A DNA stretch of 45,066 nucleotides from Isoptericola halotolerans (GTDB lineage Bacteria > Actinomycetota > Actinomycetes > Actinomycetales > Cellulomonadaceae). The position numbers and the translations under genes were made by a program. The number at the start of each line of letters is the position of its first letter. Position 1 is the stretch's first letter. The notes below the pieces were generated by a model that did no database searches, was not told where the DNA came from, and was given only the letters and a program-made list of their open reading frames with translations. Of this stretch, positions 8,900 to 17,850 are shown in pieces. The DNA lies in assembly GCF_013149785.1 (NCBI RefSeq), contig NZ_JABEZU010000004.1, positions 434,001-479,066 on the forward strand, in the 5' to 3' direction.

Positions 8900-9183
8900 T
8901 GGCTTGCTTGACTGCCTCGGGACCCGAACTCTCCGTCTAGCGCTTCTGCCACCCGGCCGGGCAAGTCGAACGTGATCCGAGCGGCGAGCCGTTCACGCCA
9001 CATCAGCGCATCCGCGCGGGCAAGGCCCGGGACAGGATGGTCGGACTCGGTCAGCTGCAACGTCTCGATCCCGCTGACGTGGGCGAGGACGCACCCGGTG
9101 GTGGCGTCGTTTGGCTCGGCGAACATCGACAACGCGACTCGCGCCATCCGCTCACCCTGCATCGTCTCCGCCAGTGTCGCCAT
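8900..9183 (-). pseudogene. Truncated DprA-like N-terminal domain of actinobacterial integrative elements
   Basis: 'ERMARVALSMFAEPNDATTG..L..G'; similarity lost after about 90 aa. Confidence 0.5.
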
Positions 9184-9248
9184 GATCGGTGTCCTCTCGG
9201 TCCCAGTTCACCAACGAGGTACACGCCCGCGCACCGAGAGGTTCCCTC

Positions 9249-9270
9249 TGTCAGAGCACGGTCGTAGGCT
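9249..9270 (+). promoter_or_regulatory. PafBC/RecA-NDp-type DNA-damage promoter motif
   Basis: TGTCAG-N10-TAGGCT, exact fit to TGTCRG-N10-TANNNT. Confidence 0.6.
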
Positions 9271-9369
9271 GGAGGGTGAGGCTGTTCTTCAGCTACGCGG
9301 GTCCTGTGAGACAGCGCCTTCGAGGGCACTCGGTCCATAGCCGCCTCCACGACGGAACACCGTCGCGCC

Positions 9370-9686
9370 ATGACGAGGCTCCGCACATCTGTAGCACTCA
9401 GCGTCCGAGGCTACGGCGTACTCCGCTACGCACCCACCAACTTGCTTACCGACGCCATCCGCACCAGACGCGGCCTCAAATGGGTGTCCCCGCGATGCTC
9501 TTGGCCGTTCCTTATCTCTACGCCGCGACGATCTGCACCCCGATCGTCAACGAGGGCGGTCCCGGGTGCCTCTACCTGTTGGTCCTGCTGTTCGTCTGGA
9601 ACGCCTTCAGGTTCCACTGGATCGGACCGGTCAGTCTCCTGCTCATGGCGAGCCCTGCTACTCGCGTCCGGAGAACGCATGCCTGA
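9370..9686 (+). pseudogene. Small membrane protein of actinobacterial integrative elements, frameshifted near 9485
   Basis: 'RYAPTNLLTDAIRTRRGLKW' continues in another frame as 'GVPAMLLAVPYL..GGPG.LYLLVLLFVWNA'. Confidence 0.55.
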
Positions 9687-9785
9687 ACCACGAGCGACGG
9701 TGGCGCGTCTCCGGGCATCGCCGGCCTCCTCGTGACAACCTAGACACTGGCGGAAGCTGGAGGTATGCACTGACAGGAGGGCTCG

Positions 9786-10787
9786 ATGCGGCGCGTGAGA
9801 GTTGGTCGGCACGATGTCGGGGTTTCAGAGGTGCTTCCCTCCTACTGGCACTTGGCGGCTGAACGGCAGCACGTATATCACGCGAGGTTGCGTGGTGAAC
9901 CTGGTCCGTGGACCGATGACGCTGTTCTCTTGAAATATCGCTTTACTAACGCCTATCGCGCCGCCGACCGCGTGTCACAAGATCTGATACGGGTCGCATA
10001 CGAGGGTCCTCAGGACCCCGAGAACCTCGTCATGCGTGTTCTGCTATTTCGCTTCTTCAACAAGCCATCAACTTGGGACTCGCTGGAGTCTAGATTCGGC
10101 CAGATCACAACATCAACATTCGACGTCGATGCCTACAGCAAGGTTCTCGACGCAAAAATTGCGAGCGGCGACAGAGTCTACTCTGCGGCCTACATTGTTC
10201 CACCCCCGCCGTTCGGTGCGGCTCGGAAGCACCGCAACCATCTGTTGCTAATCGAGCATATGATGCGTTCCGGGGTTGCCGCACAGGTCGAGCATGCTGG
10301 TACTCTTCGCCAAGTGTTTGAGACGATTCTGGCCTTTCCTTCACTCGGCCCCTTCCTCTCGTACCAGCTAGCAATTGACCTCAACTACACCTCGGTGATC
10401 GACTTTGATGAGAACGACTTCGTAGTGCCCGGGCCGGGCGCACGCAGTGGCATCGCGAAATGCTTCCCGCAGCTCAACGGCGTTTCTGCGGAAGACGTCA
10501 TCCGATGGATGGTCGACACGCAACAGGTACAGTTCGACCAAGAAGGGATCGAGTTCGACGACCTGTTTGGGCGGTCCTTGACACTCATCGACTGCCAGAA
10601 TCTGTTCTGCGAGACCGACAAGTACGCGCGAGTGATGCATCCCAACGTGCGCGGAGTCGGAAACCGCAACAGGATCAAACAGCAGTTCGCACCTAAGGGT
10701 CCTCCGACAAGGCCCTTTTTCCCGCCAAAGTGGGGAATCAATCAACGGGTATCGGACCGGTCGAGCGCGCTCGCGACACCTACCTAG
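9786..10787 (+). CDS. aGPT-Pplase1 / 5-hmdU-modification helical (DNA glycosylase-like fold) protein
   Basis: 'YWHLAAERQ..PWTDD.VL.KYRFTNAYR.ADRVSQ', 'LGPFLSYQLAIDLNY', 'GPGARSG', 'QNLFCETDKY'; RBS AGGAGG. Confidence 0.8.
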   Translation: MRRVRVGRHDVGVSEVLPSYWHLAAERQHVYHARLRGEPGPWTDDAVLLKYRFTNAYRAADRVSQDLIRVAYEGPQDPENLVMRVLLFRFFNKPSTWDSLESRFGQITTSTFDVDAYSKVLDAKIASGDRVYSAAYIVPPPPFGAARKHRNHLLLIEHMMRSGVAAQVEHAGTLRQVFETILAFPSLGPFLSYQLAIDLNYTSVIDFDENDFVVPGPGARSGIAKCFPQLNGVSAEDVIRWMVDTQQVQFDQEGIEFDDLFGRSLTLIDCQNLFCETDKYARVMHPNVRGVGNRNRIKQQFAPKGPPTRPFFPPKWGINQRVSDRSSALATPT

Positions 10788-10797
10788 GCTGTCGGGC

Positions 10798-11787
10798 TCA
10801 GTGCTGCATACGTTGAGTTCGTCCGAGATATTCGCGTGCTGCGGCACCAAGTCTGCCGTTCCCAAGCCCGGCCAACTTCTCCTCTATAAGCTCCGCAGTG
10901 GCTCCACCCTGCGCCGCCCAATACAGATCAATCATCCGAATGTATGCGAGCAGGAGTGGGTCGGTGAGTTTGCAGTTGAGCACCGAAAGCTCTTGGCCAG
11001 ACCGGATGCCGGCCTCCAGCCGCATCCACTCGTCCCACGCAGCAGACGTATCCTCCCAGTCTGTATCGAACTGCGGGTGTTCCGCCTCGCCTGACGTGGC
11101 CCGATTCGGTTGACTGGCTAAGAGACGTGAAGCCCTGTCGAAGTGGCGCGCGTAGAGATGCAGGGAGGAGCTAAAAAAAACCAGTCGGCCAGGCACGCAA
11201 TTGAGCCACCGCGCCATCACCTCAAGCAGCAGTGTCCACTCGAAGGCGTTGATGCCGGAGAATCCCCACCATATGTCGGTGCTGCGCGCAGCAACGTGGA
11301 GGTCGAGACGCCCGTCCCTCATGAGGAAGTGAAGCCAGTTGTTGCACGGGATGTCCCGACTCTCAACGAAGTCGCGATCCGGATCGTAGATGCTGGCGAC
11401 GGCCCGGCGCGAGAGTGGGTCTTCCCGGAGAATCTTCACGATCTCGACGAGTTGGTCTATGCCATTCCAGTTTCGAAGCCGCGGACCGTAACCAGCACGC
11501 CACGATAGGCCGTCGTCTGAGAAGTCGATCGCTCGCTCTAGATAGGCGCTGAGTAAGCTCAAGTCGTTTCGGCCCGCGATCACCCACATGCTCTCCGCGA
11601 TCGAGGCAAAAACGTTGTTGTTTCGGTGGGGGAGTATCACGTAGCGGGACCGAATGTCGGATACCTCGACAAGCCGCGCCCGCAGCTCTCGGGTCCGCTC
11701 TCCGCGGACCTCAACAGGGTCTCCTGAGTCAACAACGGCGCGCAACTCGGCTAAGAAGGCTTGCTCCACACCTCGATAGACAGCCAC
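10798..11787 (-). CDS. Thymidylate synthase-like enzyme (possible dUMP hydroxymethylase)
   Basis: 'AGYGPRLR', 'DPLSRRAV', catalytic 'DIPCN', 'RSTD', Asn in 'GINAF' (dUMP-type position), 'SLHLY'; extra helical C-terminus. Confidence 0.85.
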   Translation of the reverse strand: MAVYRGVEQAFLAELRAVVDSGDPVEVRGERTRELRARLVEVSDIRSRYVILPHRNNNVFASIAESMWVIAGRNDLSLLSAYLERAIDFSDDGLSWRAGYGPRLRNWNGIDQLVEIVKILREDPLSRRAVASIYDPDRDFVESRDIPCNNWLHFLMRDGRLDLHVAARSTDIWWGFSGINAFEWTLLLEVMARWLNCVPGRLVFFSSSLHLYARHFDRASRLLASQPNRATSGEAEHPQFDTDWEDTSAAWDEWMRLEAGIRSGQELSVLNCKLTDPLLLAYIRMIDLYWAAQGGATAELIEEKLAGLGNGRLGAAAREYLGRTQRMQH

Positions 11788-11793
11788 TATGGC

Positions 11794-12420
11794 TTACCGA
11801 TTCTGAACTCGGCCAGCAAGTCCGCGATCCAGAAGTGTCTCAGTCACAAAGGAGTATGTCTCTTCTTCGTCCGCCATCGGAACAACAACCGCGGACTCAG
11901 CATGTTCCTCCAAGAGTGCTCGATAGCCGGCCTGCACGCCCGGTGCGTTGTTCGAGTCGAGGTGGTGGGGTTCGAGGAATACAAAGACGATAGACGGCTT
12001 GATCGGTGACCAGATAGTGTCGATGAGTTCCCTGAAACTCGACTCCGGGAGTCCTGACTGCTTCACTGGTCCGCCGTACCAGCCGTAAGCGAGAGTGGAC
12101 CACCACCAACGATCCAGAATCAGAGATTGCTTCTCCGCAGCTCTCTTGAGACCAGGCACAGACTCCGCATGGCACGCGAGGTGCGCTAGTTGCTGAGCGA
12201 GGCCGGACGTAGGCTTCTCGTCAGGGGTCTCGCCCTCCAGTGCTCTGTACACCCGTTCGGTGAACGTGGTGAAGCCGCTTGGCATGTGAGCGAACACTGT
12301 GGACCCAGTGTCGACTGAGCCTTGGAGGCGGTCGAGCTGCGTCGACTTACCGGTCTGATCGAGGCCCTCAAACACGATGACGGCACCCGAGCGGATGGTG
12401 AGACCAGCCTTGGCCATCAT
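11794..12420 (-). CDS. dTMP kinase family protein
   Basis: P-loop 'FEGLDQTGKST', 'LILDRWWWSTLAYG'. Confidence 0.85.
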   Translation of the reverse strand: MMAKAGLTIRSGAVIVFEGLDQTGKSTQLDRLQGSVDTGSTVFAHMPSGFTTFTERVYRALEGETPDEKPTSGLAQQLAHLACHAESVPGLKRAAEKQSLILDRWWWSTLAYGWYGGPVKQSGLPESSFRELIDTIWSPIKPSIVFVFLEPHHLDSNNAPGVQAGYRALLEEHAESAVVVPMADEEETYSFVTETLLDRGLAGRVQNR

Positions 12421-12457
12421 CAGCTCCTTCTCTCCACACAGCGTGGCTCCCGGGACG

Positions 12458-12479
12458 TGTCAGAGGTCACCCCTATGAT
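12458..12479 (+). promoter_or_regulatory. PafBC/RecA-NDp-type leaderless promoter of the Nmad2-TIR-SLATT operon
   Basis: TGTCAG-N10-TATGAT, -10 box ends 6 nt before ATG 12486; no RBS. Confidence 0.7.
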
Positions 12480-12485
12480 CAGGCT

Positions 12486-13292
12486 ATGGGACGGCACCGG
12501 GGTCACGAGGGAAGTGCGGCGGCGCGTCGCCCTGGCGACCCGTGGCGCGAGCTCCCTGACGCTGGCCGCGGCTACCTGTCTGTCTACTTCTCCGAGCCCC
12601 TCGCACGATGGCCAGTTCGGGAGATTACCCGACCTGCGGACAATAAGAGCGACCCAAACATTGAGACCGGAACCTACGGTCTGTTCTCTACGTGCGAGCC
12701 GTCCATGCGAAACCGGATCGTTCTCGATGGCGCGTCCACCATCTTCTTCCTCACGACACGTAAACCGCACCAGGGGAGAGTGATCTCCGGGTACTACCAC
12801 GTTGGCTGGTACACGGAAGGTACTCAGGGTGCGGTCAACCGTGACTATGCCCTCGCCGCCGACAAGTTGCACTTCATCGACCCCATCCTTACGAGCGATC
12901 TGGCTGAGTCGCTGGCAGCCATCTGTTCCACGCGGTTCCGTACGATGAAGCCGATCGATATTGAGACTGTGGCGGCTCTTCGCCGGATATGCGATGAGCG
13001 CCCTGACCGCACGGCCGAATACTTGGGCGAGATCGAGCGGGTGGAAGCTTTTGCGCGTGCTCGATCCGGCTGCGCGTACCCTTCGTGGGGGCGGGAGGGT
13101 GGATTCAGCTGGTCAGACGCTCCCGACTACTACCAGACAGACGCTGAACTCTCGAAGGTGCCCAACAGTTCCAGGAACCGCAAGTGGCGATGCCGAGAGT
13201 GTGGATATCTCATTAAGAGCGGCGCGCTGCTGAAGAAGTGTCCGTTGTGCAAACAGATGGCAACGCTCGCTCCTGCCGAGGAGGGCGCATGA
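12486..13292 (+). CDS. Nucleotide-modification-associated (Nmad2-like) protein with C-terminal Zn ribbon
   Basis: 'DPNIETGTYGLFSTCEPSMRNRI' resembles the Nmad2 'PN...L.TC.P.IR' motif (tentative); C-terminal 'CREC..CPLC'. Confidence 0.5.
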   Translation: MGRHRGHEGSAAARRPGDPWRELPDAGRGYLSVYFSEPLARWPVREITRPADNKSDPNIETGTYGLFSTCEPSMRNRIVLDGASTIFFLTTRKPHQGRVISGYYHVGWYTEGTQGAVNRDYALAADKLHFIDPILTSDLAESLAAICSTRFRTMKPIDIETVAALRRICDERPDRTAEYLGEIERVEAFARARSGCAYPSWGREGGFSWSDAPDYYQTDAELSKVPNSSRNRKWRCRECGYLIKSGALLKKCPLCKQMATLAPAEEGA

Positions 13293-13750
13293 CCCGTCGA
13301 GTCTTTATCAGTTACCAGCATGCCGATCAGATGAAAGCCCGTGGCTTGAACCTGATGACATACAACACGAACGTCAAGATTGACTTCACGGGGCGGCACC
13401 TGCTCGACCCGGTGAAGAGCCAGGACGCGGACTACATTAGCCGAAAGATCAAGGAACGGATCAAAGGGTCATCTGCGACGATCGTGCTCATCGGGAAGGA
13501 GACCTCCCAAAGCGAGTGGGTCGAGAAGGAGATCCAGTGGAGCAAGGAACAGGGAAAGGGCATCATTGGCATCCGCATCGACCCCGGCGCGCCAGTCCCT
13601 GAAGGGTTGACAGAGTACGGCGCTGAGATTCTCGACTGGAATACTCCGGCAGATGTCAACCAGTTTGACGATGCCATCGAGCGAGCGATCACTGCGACAA
13701 GTCGCGGCAGGTCAATGCCGACCAACACGATGAGCACGTGCACGCGATGA
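13289..13750 (+). CDS. TIR domain protein (ThsB/DUF1863-like)
   Basis: 'RRVFISYQHAD', 'SSATIVLIGKET..SEWVEKEI' with catalytic Glu, 'KGIIGIRI'; ATGA-coupled. Confidence 0.9.
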   Translation: MTRRVFISYQHADQMKARGLNLMTYNTNVKIDFTGRHLLDPVKSQDADYISRKIKERIKGSSATIVLIGKETSQSEWVEKEIQWSKEQGKGIIGIRIDPGAPVPEGLTEYGAEILDWNTPADVNQFDDAIERAITATSRGRSMPTNTMSTCTR

Positions 13751-14670
13751 ACGGCCACAGCAACTCCCACAGGCCAAGGAACATCAAGTTGCCCGTTATT
13801 CACGATGCGGCAAGCGACGCGTCTGGGCGCGGACAAACAACGTATGTTCGGCTAAGCGCCTCCCGGCTGGTTGCACTTCTAGTGGCAACGCTCGCCGCGG
13901 CGCTGGGCATCGCCATTGGAAGTTTTGACTTTTCTGGTCTTGTACTACTTCTCGCGTTCGTAGTAGCCGCACTAGCCGAACTAGCTTTGATCCGATTTCA
14001 GCCCGAACGCGACTGGTACGCCGGACGAGCGGTCGCCGAGTCTACGAAGACACTCGCGTGGCGGTTCGCCGTCCAGGGAGAGCCATTCGGCCCGAATCTC
14101 ACTGAAGGTGATGCCGAGGCACTGCTTCGAACCCGAGTCAGCGAAGTTCTGCAACGTGGCAAGGACCGAATCAACGTAGGTCCTGGCGATGCCGTCCTCA
14201 CCGACAGCATGCTTGAACTCCGCCGATCGCCATTCTCCGCACGCAGGGGCGCCTACCTCGAACACAGGACAGAAGAACAGCGCATCTGGTACTCGTCCAA
14301 TGCACGGAAGAACGAAGTCCGCGCCACAACATGGCGTTATGCTCTTCTTCTTGGCGAACTGCTCGCGATCGTAGCTTCGGCTCTTTCCCTAGGGCGTGAC
14401 GAGCCCTTCGACTTCGCCGGTATCGTCGCCGCGTTCGTTGCAGGGGGAGCCGCCTGGCTGGCGATCAGGCAACACTCCCAACTGACGTCCGCGTATCGAG
14501 TGGCGGCAGGTGAACTTGCTGTTCAAGCAGACGTTCTCCGTGGAGTGAGTGCTGAGGACTGGCCGCAGGCGGTGGCGGACGCTGAGGAGGCGATCAGTCG
14601 TGAGCACACGATGTGGCTGGCTACCCGTGGTGAGGAGCCGTTGCCGCCTCCCCACATAGGTAGGAATTGA
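13747..14670 (+). CDS. SLATT/DUF4231 membrane effector (two 2-TM SLATT units)
   Basis: Two TM hairpins followed by 'WYAGRAVAESTKTLAWRF' and 'AYRVAAGEL..EEAISREH..W'; ATGA-coupled. Confidence 0.85.
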   Translation: MNGHSNSHRPRNIKLPVIHDAASDASGRGQTTYVRLSASRLVALLVATLAAALGIAIGSFDFSGLVLLLAFVVAALAELALIRFQPERDWYAGRAVAESTKTLAWRFAVQGEPFGPNLTEGDAEALLRTRVSEVLQRGKDRINVGPGDAVLTDSMLELRRSPFSARRGAYLEHRTEEQRIWYSSNARKNEVRATTWRYALLLGELLAIVASALSLGRDEPFDFAGIVAAFVAGGAAWLAIRQHSQLTSAYRVAAGELAVQADVLRGVSAEDWPQAVADAEEAISREHTMWLATRGEEPLPPPHIGRN

Positions 14671-14860
14671 TCGAGTTTTCGGGCGCAACTGAACATTCTG
14701 GCTTGGGGGTATTACATGGCCCGTCACGTTTCGAGATTACGGTCGACAACTCCGGTCTGCGCGCGGCCAACTCGGCTTGCCGGGGGAGTTCGGGCAATGT
14801 GCCGCGATGCGCTCTGCGGCTTCACGTTGGCTAGCGTACGGGCCTCATGTTTCCTGTCTA

Positions 14861-15077
14861 GGACCACAAGGGGGACCAGACATCCTGCGACGCGTGGATT
14901 CAGGACAGAGCCCACTTGTAGCGACTGTCGGACCCGCGGCTGAAGGCCCTTGACCCGGTCTATCCAGACTCGCCTCGGGGTCTCATTCACGGTCCAGTCT
15001 GGGCACCGCGGGCTGGGTGCGTCACTCGTTGGGAGGCGCAGGCGACGTTGGCTGAGGGGGACCAAATGGGGACCAAA
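14861..15077 (+). repeat. Tandem GGGGACCA(A/G)A repeats resembling tyrosine-integrase arm sites
   Basis: GGACCAC/GGGGACCAGA at 14861-14880; GGGGACCAAA x2 with 11-bp period at 15057-15077. Confidence 0.5.
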
Positions 15078-15164
15078 ACTATGCAAGCCATGCATTTCGT
15101 GACGTGCGCTGCATGTACTGAGCCCGGACACAGGCGGATTCCAGCCTCGACGAGGCCGTCTGGA

Positions 15165-15869
15165 CGCCTGGGGGATCAGGGCTGGGGCGTCGAACTGCTC
15201 GTCCTTATAGCGCGTCGCGTAGGCGTCGAAGACGCGGCGCTCGGCCAGGTTGCCTCCCAGCGTCGCCCGTAGGCGACCGTGTAGGTCTATGCCGACGTCG
15301 CGGGCCGAAACGCTACCGGCGACGCCCTGGCGCTCTCGCCACCACTCGATCAGGCTGCAGGACGCCAGTCCATCGGCAGGGATCGGCCGATCGTAGACGA
15401 GGCAGTACTCGCCATTGCGGACGAACTCGATCTCGTTGCGCACGGCATCGCGCAACACGAGCTCGGGCTTAGGACCGTTCGCGGCGAAGATCAGGTTCTT
15501 CGCCGGCGATCCGACACCTCCTCCGCGGTCGTACACAGAGCGCAGAGCGGTCAGGTCGGCGAGGGTGGCGTCGCTCAGATCGAGTTCCGCGACGATGCGG
15601 CGGGCGAGGGCCACGAGCCGGGGAAGCTCGCAGCCCTCGATGTAGGCCTGGATGACGTCGCGCTCGGTGTAGTCCCTGTCACTCGGCTAACGATCCGACA
15701 CCGACCACGGCAGCTGCAGCTCCTCGCCGAGAACCGTCTCGAGGTCGCGCCGCGTGTTGGAGTCGATGAGTGCCTGTTCCTTGGCGGCCCGCAACGTACG
15801 CGACGACACCTTGGTCGGCACCTTCGAGGAGGCGAAGATCGCCGCATCGAAGAAGTTGAAGCCGCTCAC
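15165..15869 (-). pseudogene. AbiJ N-terminal-domain-like protein, in-frame stop at 15687-15689 and 3' truncation
   Basis: 'KNLIFAANGPKPELVLRDA..N.IE.VRNGEYCLVYDRPI', ends abruptly after 'PALIPQ'; ORF 15687-15869 is in the same frame. Confidence 0.65.
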
Positions 15870-15913
15870 AGGCCCATTGTCCCGCAGGCAGGAATCTGCA
15901 TCGAGGGACGATC

Positions 15914-15994
15914 CAACCTACTTTGTGCGGCCATCGCGACACGCCCGAGATCGAGCAAGGTAGGCAGGCGTGTCCGTGCAATCTGCGCTGCACG
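15914..15994 (+). repeat. Dispersed 81-bp non-coding element, copy 1
   Basis: 72/81 identical to 27371-27451 by manual alignment. Confidence 0.9.
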
Positions 15995-16028
15995 TCGACA
16001 ATTTTGTCGACGTGCAGCCTAGATTGCA
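15977..16028. repeat. 52-bp near-perfect palindrome
   Basis: TGCAATCTGCGCTGCACGTCGACAA-TT-TTGTCGACGTGCAGCCTAGATTGCA, 23/25 arm match. Confidence 0.9.
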
Positions 16029-16176
16029 AGATCCTCCATGTTTGTTACAAGGTCCCTCGGTGCGTGACGCTGGGCCGGCAGCTGTCGGCGTGGTGGGCGC
16101 TCGGTGGCTCATGGCGGAACGGCAGCGTGAAGCGGGGCGACCGGAGCGAGGACTCAAAGCGGGGTGACACTGGATC

Positions 16177-16707
16177 GTGCCTGCCTTTGACCCGGCGGAG
16201 TCGACTCCGCCGTTCGACTTCGTCCTGATGCAGAACGGAGCCGTGGGTCTCTACTGGGATCTCGCGGTACTGGATGGTGCGTGTACCAGGCTGTCGGCGC
16301 TCGGCTACCGCGTCGTCCGCATCGAGGCTGACGCATGGTGCGACGCGGCGTCCATGTTCGACGCCCTTGCCGTGGCGCTGGAATTCCCCGACTACTTCGG
16401 CAGGAACTTCGACGCTCTGAACGACTGCCTGTCCGACGTGGCAGCTGGGGATTATGGCGTGCCCGCCGATGCCACGGGTCTCGCGCTCGTGCTGACCGGC
16501 TATGACTCCTTCGCCGCGGCGGATCCCGTCGCAGCCCAGACCCTGGCTGGGTGCTTCGCGGACCAGTCGCGGACCGCCTCGTTGTTCGGCCGCCGGTTGG
16601 TTTGTCTGCTCCAGAGTGACGATCCGCGCTTCGCGCTCGCGCCGGTCTGTGCTCAGGCCGTCGCCTGGAACCCCGCAGAGTGGCTGGACTCTCAGCGAGG
16701 AGTCTGA
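16177..16707 (+). CDS. Barstar-family protein
   Basis: 'LEFPDYFGRNFDALNDCLSD'. Confidence 0.85.
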   Translation: MPAFDPAESTPPFDFVLMQNGAVGLYWDLAVLDGACTRLSALGYRVVRIEADAWCDAASMFDALAVALEFPDYFGRNFDALNDCLSDVAAGDYGVPADATGLALVLTGYDSFAAADPVAAQTLAGCFADQSRTASLFGRRLVCLLQSDDPRFALAPVCAQAVAWNPAEWLDSQRGV

Positions 16708-16917
16708 GCTGAGCGCTTGCGATGAACCTCCCTCTTGAGCCACCGGGGCAGGCTCCAGGCGTAGGAACCCCCATCATCAGGGGGCCTTGACCACGTCCCA
16801 GCCACCACCGCCATGTGTCGCCCTGCGCACCTCATGCAGAAGCGCGTCGGACTGCCCGGCCGCGTCGCCGGCGGGAGTCGAGTGCCATCGACCTCGCAAG
16901 ACGTGGAGACTTACCGG

Positions 16918-17391
16918 ATGAGTGCACCACCGGAGAAGTTCTCAGTTCACGACGAGCCGGCCTGGCGCGAGCGCGCGAGCTTCATCGTCCATGCCGCACT
17001 GCCCGAGCAAGGACGCTACGAACAGCTGTGGTGCCGCCAGGTCAGCGACGACACCTTCGAAGTGTGCTGCATCCCGTTCTTCCTGTATGACGTTGCACTG
17101 GGAGACCTGGTGTAGACGGCTCCGCAGGCGGAGCGTGAGTACGTCGTGGCAGGAGTGCTGCGCCGATCCGGTCGCTACGTGTTCCGTGTCTACTTCGCGG
17201 GCCCGATGCTGGGGCACAGAGAGAGTGCGGTGGAGCAGCTGACCACGATGGGAAGCCTCCTTGAGTGGTCGTCGGCGAGCTCGCTAGCTGTGGACGCGCG
17301 CGATGCCACGCATGCTCAGGAGATCGCCACCTACCTGACTGAGCGGGAGAGCCAGGGCCACCTCGTCTACGAGACCGGAAGAAGCGCCTGA
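16918..17391 (+). pseudogene. DUF4265-like protein with in-frame TAG at 17113-17115
   Basis: 'EQLWC..FEVCCIPFFLYDVALGDLV*' continues in frame 'V..V.RRSGRYVFRVYF'. Confidence 0.7.
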
Positions 17392-17694
17392 CGCTCACCA
17401 GCTTGCCCGGCGAGCACATCAACAAGCCCGGCTGCCGCGAGGTTGGGCGGAACCCCGCTGTCGCGACCCTGACTGGCTACACCCTCATCTGCGTTGAGCC
17501 CGTTGACGAGGGCCTTCGCCCAGTCATCGATCAACTTGCCAATCTCAGGGTCGCGGCCCGGGTCCAGTGCTCGTGGCCCACGGTCGAGCGACGGGCCGGT
17601 TCGCGCGACGCAACTCCCGGCTGTCCTGTTCCGGCCCACGTAGCCGCTGCGCCTCCGCGGTCGTCCCACCGGGCGCGTGACCGTCGTCGATATC

Positions 17695-17850
17695 GGCCTG
17701 CCAGCTGCGTCGCGACCCACTGCACCGTCCCGTGCTCAGTCCCCAGCTGCGCCCGCAACGTGCGCACCAGCGGCACCGCTGCGGCCTTCTCCTCCGGGCT
17801 ATACCGCCGCGCCTGCGGCTTCCCCAGCAATCTCAACCCCCTTGGAACCG
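17695..17850 (-). mobile_element. IS3-family OrfA remnant
   Basis: 'GKPQARRYSPEEKAAAV.LVRTLRAQLGTEHGTVQ.VA.QL'. Confidence 0.7.

Noticed and set aside
10798..12420. Housekeeping thyA/tmk
   Set aside because: Divergent sequences, foreign codon usage and island context; gene symbols withheld.
12420..12872. 150-aa minus-strand ORF abutting the dTMP kinase start
   Set aside because: Antisense to the Nmad2-like gene, no recognisable motif; the kinase has its own RBS.
13289..14670. Calling TIR-SLATT a canonical type I/II Thoeris
   Set aside because: No SIR2-SLOG or Macro-domain ThsA; the effector is SLATT and the operon begins with an extra gene.
14716..14860. Possible degraded XRE-type HTH on the minus strand
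   Set aside because: Only a few residues resemble the motif and the frame contains stops.
15977..16028. Palindrome as protelomerase target or intrinsic terminator
   Set aside because: No protelomerase gene in the window; no U-tract and it lies between divergent genes.
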